Source: Asterias rubens (taxonomy: Eukaryota). From it: 64,000 bases of DNA. Numbering within the stretch: the stretch's first letter is position 1; every line of letters begins with the position of its first letter. Location: positions 7,130,001-7,194,000 of the forward strand of contig NC_047079.1 in the NCBI RefSeq assembly GCF_902459465.1. The letters run 5' to 3'. The notes under the pieces were generated by a model, which was given only the letters and a program-made list of their open reading frames with translations, made no database searches and was not told where the DNA came from. The position numbers and the translations under genes are program-made. Positions 57,401 to 64,000 of this stretch are shown here, piece by piece.

Positions 57401-59810
57401 ACTCTGGATAAAGAGAGTGGTTTACCGTCCGGTTACAATGTTTACCAACAGAAAGAGAGTAACAAGTGAGTCAACTTCTCCTTAAAGGGAGAGTTTACCT
57501 TTGGCTTTTTGAGCTGTTTGTTATAATCCTATATAATCGTACACTTATACAATAACTGGTGAAAATTTATTTTCAAAAGGTGATTTGCAAATAATCCCTA
57601 AATTTTCCATCAAGCCATCTTTATACCAGTTATGTGCATATCTGTGAACACTTATCTTTTCATTCTTACCATCTTGTGCATTGCCTTTAGCCTATAGGTA
57701 TCCCCTACCGACCCCAATTGTCTCACCAATTTTAATAATATGCACCCCTTTAACTTTTGGCTTCCCTTCTCTCACCACAATTGACAGATTAGTAGAAGAG
57801 TTCATGTTGCTTGCCAACATGGCCGCCGCTCATCGAATCTACAACGCCTACAAAGACACTGCCCTCTTGCGACGTCACCCTCCACCCAAGACCAAAATGA
57901 TTGACGACCTGATCCTGATGTGTTCGGAGATCGGACTCAAAGTCGACGGTAGCAGCTCCAAGTCGATTCAGGAATCGCTGAACCGTTACATTGGTCCTGT
58001 AGGAGATAAAGCATCGTGGGGCAAAGGTCAAATCCTGACTGTGTTTTATTCAAAACCGATGCAGGTAAGGTGCTTATCATACTCTACAAGAAGAAAACAA
58101 TTATTCAAAATTTAATAATTACCTGTACTGAAGTGGGTTTTTTTTTTTTTCATTATTAATGTGAATACAATTTATTTCCAGAGAGCCAAGTATTTCTGTA
58201 CCGGGAGCATTGAAGTTGAGGACCACTTTCGTCACTACGCCCTCAATGTTCCGTTTTATACGCATTTCACATCGCCCATCAGACGTTATGCTGACATCAT
58301 TGTTCACAGACAACTTGCTGCATCCCTAGGTAAAACTTTGTTGTATCTTCTCGTTTGTTGTAGTGACCCAATTCTTTGATTTATAAAGTTTTGAAAAAAG
58401 ATGAAATCTCATAGTTGTTTGGCAAGATTCACGGTGGCCAGAACTAGTCCTAGCCAGAACTGTGTTTGTGAAACTTCTAGGAACTCTCTTTAAAGATATC
58501 TGAAAAGTTGGATCTTGAAAATTTTCTCTTGTTTTTTTTCTTTTCTTAAGGTGTTGGTCCTGCCTCTCAGAGGGATGAAGTTACGATTCAAGACCAAGCT
58601 GTGAGATGTAACGAGCGCAAAGATGCTGCCAAGAAAGTCTCAGATATGAGTGGGGAGATGTTCTTCGCTATATTTGTCCGGGTGAGACTCTTTAAATCAC
58701 AAGTATTCAACAATGCATTGTGTGAACATGTACAATCTATACACTGTCAAATCTTGGGGTGATGTGACACAATCGCCAATGGTATCATCCACGGTATACC
58801 CCCATTTCTTCATGTTTGCATAGCTATTAACTCTCCCTGATTCTGCAGAAAGTTCCCTGAAAAAAAACCCCAATCTTTCCATGTTCTGATGAACAGCTTT
58901 GAAATTATCCCAGATAATGGAAACTTTCTCCCTGTTTAATAAACGCATTTCTAAATACCTCCCTGATTCAAATATTGGCAGCTCTGTGTTTATCTTGCAT
59001 CATCCCACCTCCGTACGTAGTCTATTGTAGGACGTGTTATTAGCCGTGTGTTTGGCCTGATGCTTCTTGATTCCAACTTTGTCTAACTTGTAAAATGATT
59101 TATACATTTTGTATAGGAGTGTGGCCCCTTGAAGCAGGATGCTATGGTGATGCATGTACTGGATCGTGCCATTGATGTACTAGTGATGGAACTAGGGGTG
59201 GTCAAAAGAGTCTACTGCAATGTGAGCCTCTTCAACCATTTTAACAAAAATCAAAGTTCATAACCAAAATTATTATTTGCTATAAGTTAAAAGACATCAC
59301 CAGGAATGAAAAGGGATTCTTTTATGGCTGTGTCAGGAATACTGGCTTGGTAGTGGGTAGTGGCCCTGGCCATTGCAACCAACGCCAAAGCCAAAGTCTC
59401 TTGATTCAAACGCAACTTGTTGTTCAGTTTTTAAAATCTGTTTTTTTTTTCTTTCTTTTTTCTCAGGCACTCCCCTTGAAGAGCTTCAAATTTGAGAAGC
59501 AAGGCAAGCAGGGCCTGATGAAGATCGTCTGGGAACCAGATCACATGCATCCTGAAGAAGAAACACAGACCTTACAGCTGTTCTCATTGGTCAAAGTTGA
59601 GCTCAAGGCTGGAAAAGAACCACTCAAGTTTGATGTAAGTAAAGAAACAAAACTGTTACACCATCTGGGTGGTTTTTTTTAATTATAACTTTATGTGGTT
59701 GGTTTTTTTCTCAAAGTGATGTCTGTCAACAAATTATTGGTTATAAATTTGTGTTTTTGTCTTTTATTTTTATTTTTATCTAACAGGCAAACCTGATAAG
59801 ACCAGAGTAG
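51449..59810 (+). CDS. DIS3L2: DIS3-like exonuclease 2 (RNase II/R family 3'-5' exoribonuclease), 1049 aa
   Basis: Coding exons 51449-51628, 51889-52329, 52598-52717, 53108-53209, 53609-54106, 54465-54631, 55105-55204, 55420-55573, 56088-56200, 56295-56402, 56568-56744, 57329-57465, 57788-58064, 58182-58329, 58551-58681, 59117-59221, 59467-59634, 59787-59810; 3150 nt in frame. Motifs [21 protein letters not shown], catalytic [59 protein letters not shown]. No PIN domain, which fits DIS3L2 rather than DIS3/DIS3L. Confidence 0.95.
54865..54993. mobile_element. Tourist/PIF-Harbinger-like MITE with TTA target-site duplication
   Basis: TTA|GGCTGTGTCCGAAACG..ACTTCGGCTACAGCTACG ... CGTAGCTGTAGCCGAAGT..CGTTTCGGACACGGCC|TTA; in a DIS3L2 intron. 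Confidence 0.85.
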
Positions 59811-60692
59811 TCATCGGATATTGGATGAAAGGTGTAAGATGAAAGAGATATGCACATGACAATATACCCAGGGATGAGGAATTTCAGACTTTTATCCGAG
59901 TTTAGACTTCACAAGTCAAACCTGGTGTAGTAAATCAGCTACTGTTTTTCCCACAATAAGGAAATCCTACTCTTTGATCTACTTCTTTAGTGCTGTGGAC
60001 ACTTTTCCTCAAAGCTCTGTGGAATCTATAAACTCCAGGGGTTACCAAAAGATGGAAATGCCATCATCTCAACATGTCTCCTAATATTTGGATCCTAGAT
60101 TTAGACTTGTTCGTCAGCACTGACTCTCACCAATGAATAATATGTGGAAACGATTTGTGCTACAACACCTAAGCTAAAATGACCTGTACAAGTTAAAATA
60201 ATGCTTACAAAATTAGGTCACAGGATAATAGTGAATGGTACAGTCCAAAATCCCCTAAGGTTAGAGGTTAGTGACTGTGACACGCAACAGCTCTCCAATG
60301 TTTGTTACCAAGTCAGTTTTTAAGTTAACATTTGTTTTGAGTAATTACCAAACGTGTACCTTTAAACACAAGAGTTTAAATGATAGGGAAGGGGCCATTT
60401 GTTAAGGCAAACCGATTTATTTTTTATCTGAAATTTGTTTCACTTTGAATTAATTCCCTCTCAGTTAAGAATTAATATGAAAAACTAATGAATTTTAAAA
60501 ACCTGTTAATTTTTAAACTATTTTTTAATTATGCAAATTATTTGAGAGGTTTAATTGAATTTTTTTATTTTTAATTCGATTAGTATCTAAATTTTTAGAC
60601 ATAAGATTAATTCGTAAAGGCCTTGTCTTGATGGAAATATGCTTCGCCAGCAGATATTCTTCTAGCTGGTATTTTAAAGTTGAAAAAAAAAA

Positions 60693-60722
60693 AAATAATA
60701 ATAATAATAATAATAATAATAT
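60693..60722. repeat. (AAT)n microsatellite
   Basis: About 9-10 units after a poly-A run. Confidence 0.9.
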
Positions 60723-60887
60723 TAATTAAATAAGCTGTACTAAATATTAGAAGCCTTCAAAAGGTTTCTCCAAGAAAGACTGAATTTGATCGGGGTGGCG
60801 ATGGGGGCACCTCAGAGTTTGCTGAACATATCTCTTTGTATTAAAGGAGCATACAGTACTGTTAATCATCTCAGTGAAATTATAATA

Positions 60888-61250
60888 GATGTGAAATTTG
60901 CATCGGGGATAAAGAATAATAATTTTAGTTTTTACCCATACACCGATGTGTGCTAGCACTGTATACTCAGTACTTTTCCGTGTCCTGTTAAAAAAATCAC
61001 AGGCATGTTACACACGTACTCAGGTGGGATTCGAACCAACCAGACTACCGAGGTAGCTAGAGGCAGTTCGAATGCTATGTTTTGGCAGCGGGTACCGCAA
61101 CGATATACATAGTAGATGTTAAATTTGTATCAGGGATAAAGAATATTAATTTTAGTTTGTACCCATATACCGATGTGTGTTAGCTCTGTATACTCAGTAC
61201 TTCAGTGTTCAGTACTTCTCGGTACTTCCCCGAATCCTGTGAAAAAAATT
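60888..61250 (-). mobile_element. Two adjacent copies of a tRNA-derived SINE-like element
   Basis: B box GGTTCGAATCCCACC on the minus strand (~61023-61037). The body GATG..AAATTTG.ATC.GGGATAAAGAATA...TACCCATA.ACCGATGTGTG.TAGC.CTGTATACTCAGTAC occurs at ~60888-60975 and ~61115-61202. Confidence 0.65.
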
Positions 61251-61883
61251 GTTTCATCTTCAAAAGGTCACGTTGTAAATAAGCAAAGGTCAACATTTTT
61301 ATTGTACTCTCTGTCAAATTGAATTTGGTGCAATACTTTATTATTTCTTTATTGTCTAGAACGAAAATTTACTCTAAAGATAATATGCTTTGTCTGGATT
61401 TTTAATGTGACCTTAAACTTTTGAAAAAGTGCTCGTCGAAATGAGATGGTTTCATTTAGGAACAGTTTACTCTACGCCAGTAAGACCTTTTGTGTCACAA
61501 TTGGGTCTATTTTGTAGGCTGGAAAGCCAAACGAATCCAATGTGTTCCTTTAACAAGTAATTTGCGGATACAGATTTTAATTAAGGGTGATGTCAAATAA
61601 AATATTCAATTTGATAATTTGCATAATGCTAATGAGCAGCTTATGAATAATTATCAATGTGGGCACTCCCAGTATATCTTGACTTTGTGTGTCATTGTGT
61701 TGGAGGTTACTTACTTGTGGTGTGTGTGGCCAGTGGTCTAGACTGCATGGTTTACGAGTTATAATTATTTTCTGGAAGCACTGGATAATCGGTTCCTGAA
61801 TCTGTGTAGCATGTTTTTCATAATCGCTCAATAACCTTTGGGAACAGGGCACTATTCATTCCCAGCAGCCCTGGATAGGGTTC

Positions 61884-62045
61884 TTAAAGGAACACGTTGC
61901 CTTGGATCGGTCGAGTTGGTCTTTAAAAAGCGTTTGTAACCGTTTGTTATAAAATATCTATCTAACCATATGCATTTCACATCAAACGGTTTCAAACACT
62001 TTTCAAATACCAACTCGTCCGATCCAAGGCAACGTGTTCCTTTAA
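61884..62045. mobile_element. TTAA-flanked MITE (Kolobok-like), family D
   Basis: TTAAAGGAACACGTTGCCTTGGATCGG ... CCGATCCAAGGCAACGTGTTCCTTTAA is a perfect terminal inverted repeat; a solo right end lies at ~62482-62502. Confidence 0.85.
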
Positions 62046-63829
62046 ATGCGTCAAGAGAAGTTTGAACTCAAACTCACAATTCCTATACGGTCGAACCCTG
62101 GAAGCAGAATTACTCCAGATTGGACCTTGAAACCATATAGATCGCTCCCTGACTGACTGGTCCAGTACAATTTGTACCCCCCCCCCCCCCACCACCTCCA
62201 TTTTTTTTGTTATTTGCTCAATTACGTAATAGAATGTTTTGCAAACAGAACATGGTTGGACTGAACAATTAGATTAGATTATATTATAATTCTTTATTGT
62301 CCGCATAACATATACAGATAATTGTTTTCCATTGGCAATTGGAGACATTAAAAAATTATTATTATTATTATAATAAACATGTTCATAAAACCGAACAATA
62401 ACCGAACAATGTGGAGTCCATACCTTCACAGGCGAGTCAAAAGAAAAACACGGGTTTTCACAATGCGAGAGGATGAAACGCAAGGCAACGTGTTCCTTTA
62501 AAAACTTGTTCTGTACTACGGTTGGGTTTTACTCTTTAGCACATTGCTTGTATGGAAAATACAGTCGACAGAGAGGTTGTCGAGAGCTATATAACACAAT
62601 CACCAGGAATAGGTGTAAAGCTGTGTATTTTGGCATTATGATGATGTAAATTGCAACATGCTTTTAGAGAATTTGGCCCAAGTACCGACCCCTGAGGTAA
62701 GCCAAAATCTACTGTAGGCTGCTGGAGATTCATGAAACAAGGTCAGGAGTCAGCGCTTTACAGGATTTCTGCTCGGTTCATGCACAATTTCTGCGCATAT
62801 GAAGTAACTGATCCAGACTAGTGCCACGGATGAGCAATTGTCAAAGCCTTGGGCGATATATATTTTATACAAAGCGTCAAATACAGGGGGTCAACTTTGC
62901 CAGCAACGGGGTACCTATAGCTGTCGGTGTCACGGAGAATGACAATATTATTGCACAAAATACGGAGAGTGGATATTTGTTGTGCTGCTGTGATGACATT
63001 GTAGACTGACTGGGGAGACACATCCTAATAAAGAGGTAACGTGGTTTAGTGAGCCTTTTAAATCGTTGTATTACCATGTAGGCTACATGGACCGGCCAGT
63101 ATTAAAGCTATAGGTCCTCTAGTTGTCCAAAATGTTAAAGGATCATAGGTCCTCTAGTTGTCCAAAATGTTAAAGGATCATGACACTATTGGTAATTACT
63201 CCCAAAAAGAGTTAGCATTAAAACTTGGCAGTGAGCAATGGAGAGCTGTTGATAGCAACAACACAAATCAAGTCCTTGAAGCCCAACACGATTTAACGCG
63301 GAATTAAATACTCCGAGTCCAAAGGCACGGCTACCCCAGTACCACATAATAGGGTTACGCATGATTAATGTTAGGCCATGGTGGGATATCTCTGTTTTGT
63401 TTGCATTATTTTGACATTGCAATACTCCATTGTATTATGTTATCATAATTCGCATGGGGTGGATGACCAGTCTTTGCCGAATATAGGCGCTTTAACCCCA
63501 GGAGTGACGGTGTGCTATAACCAATACACTCGGGTCAAAGTAGCTGTGGGGAGTCCCACACCAATATTCTGGTGCGATTTTTCAGGTAAGGTTGACATTT
63601 TTCTATCTTTGTTGCATGAAGGAGTCCAACCTGGGCTTGGATTTAGTATTCCAATAATTGTTCAAGTGTTAGGCTCACGTGTCATAGATCAGACAGAGCG
63701 ACGAATTGAATAGGCCATAAAATATTATAGCAACTTTGTTGATAAAAATATGGACGCATTTTAATTGAACTACCCCGCAATCACATAATTATACCCTTTT
63801 TTTAACTATAGACTTACTCCGACTTAACA

Positions 63830-63973
63830 ATGGCTACAACAACAGCATACAGCCTTTGGAGGATGTTCATCTTAGTTACATTACTTCTATCGTGTGTACT
63901 GCGGCAATCTCAGGCTAATTTCACATTCTCGTTGAATGGCCAGAATTTGAATGTGCACGTGGACGGAATACAG
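63830..63973 (+). CDS. First coding exon (signal peptide) of a secreted or membrane protein continuing beyond the window
   Basis: MATTTAYSLWRMFILVTLLLSCVLRQSQA-NFTFSLNGQNLNVHVDGIQ; T-rich acceptor TAG at 63811, donor CAG|GTACGC at 63974. The product cannot be identified. Confidence 0.6.
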
Positions 63974-64000
63974 GTACGCATTGTTTTACTGTTTTGAATA

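Noticed and set aside
62668-63030. Small AG/GT-bounded segments and a 62-aa ORF (…GVPIAVGVTENDNII…)
   Set aside because: I could not assemble a phase-consistent gene; these may be non-coding 5' exons of the last gene or chance splice-like sites.
63110-63180. 35-bp tandem duplication (TAGGTCCTCTAGTTGTCCAAAATGTTAAAGGATCA)
   Set aside because: It is real but most simply an insertion or repair scar at the end of a truncated family B element; no function is implied.

Overview
AT-rich animal genomic DNA with spliceosomal GT-AG introns. Gene content and repeat style suggest an echinoderm such as a sea star (inference). All genes I could build are on the + strand. (1) The last six exons of an M13 neprilysin/ECE-family zinc peptidase ([13 protein letters not shown], ...KCKVW*). 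(2) A complete 4-exon cationic amino acid transporter (SLC7/CAT family, 654 aa) with a ~15 kb repeat-rich first intron. (3) A small signal peptide + single fibronectin type III gene model. (4) A tandem array of 18 tRNA-Leu(CAG) genes/pseudogenes with a 161-163 bp period. (5) A complete 14-exon, ~1403 aa type I membrane mucin (signal peptide, PTS, 3 SEA, EGF, TM, cytoplasmic tail ending in the CaaX-like CLVM). (6) A complete 18-coding-exon DIS3L2 exoribonuclease (1049 aa). (7) The signal-peptide exon of a further gene at the right edge. Palindromic MITE families, tRNA-derived SINE-like elements and LINE fragments fill the introns and intergenic DNA. Exon boundaries were read by eye and checked for phase and frame continuity; no database searches were run. 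The most unusual items are the CaaX-terminated triple-SEA mucin, the single-FN3 gene that may also be an alternative mucin N-terminus spliced across the tRNA array, the mosaic tRNA array itself, and a MITE whose inverted repeats carry paired CTCF-like motifs.
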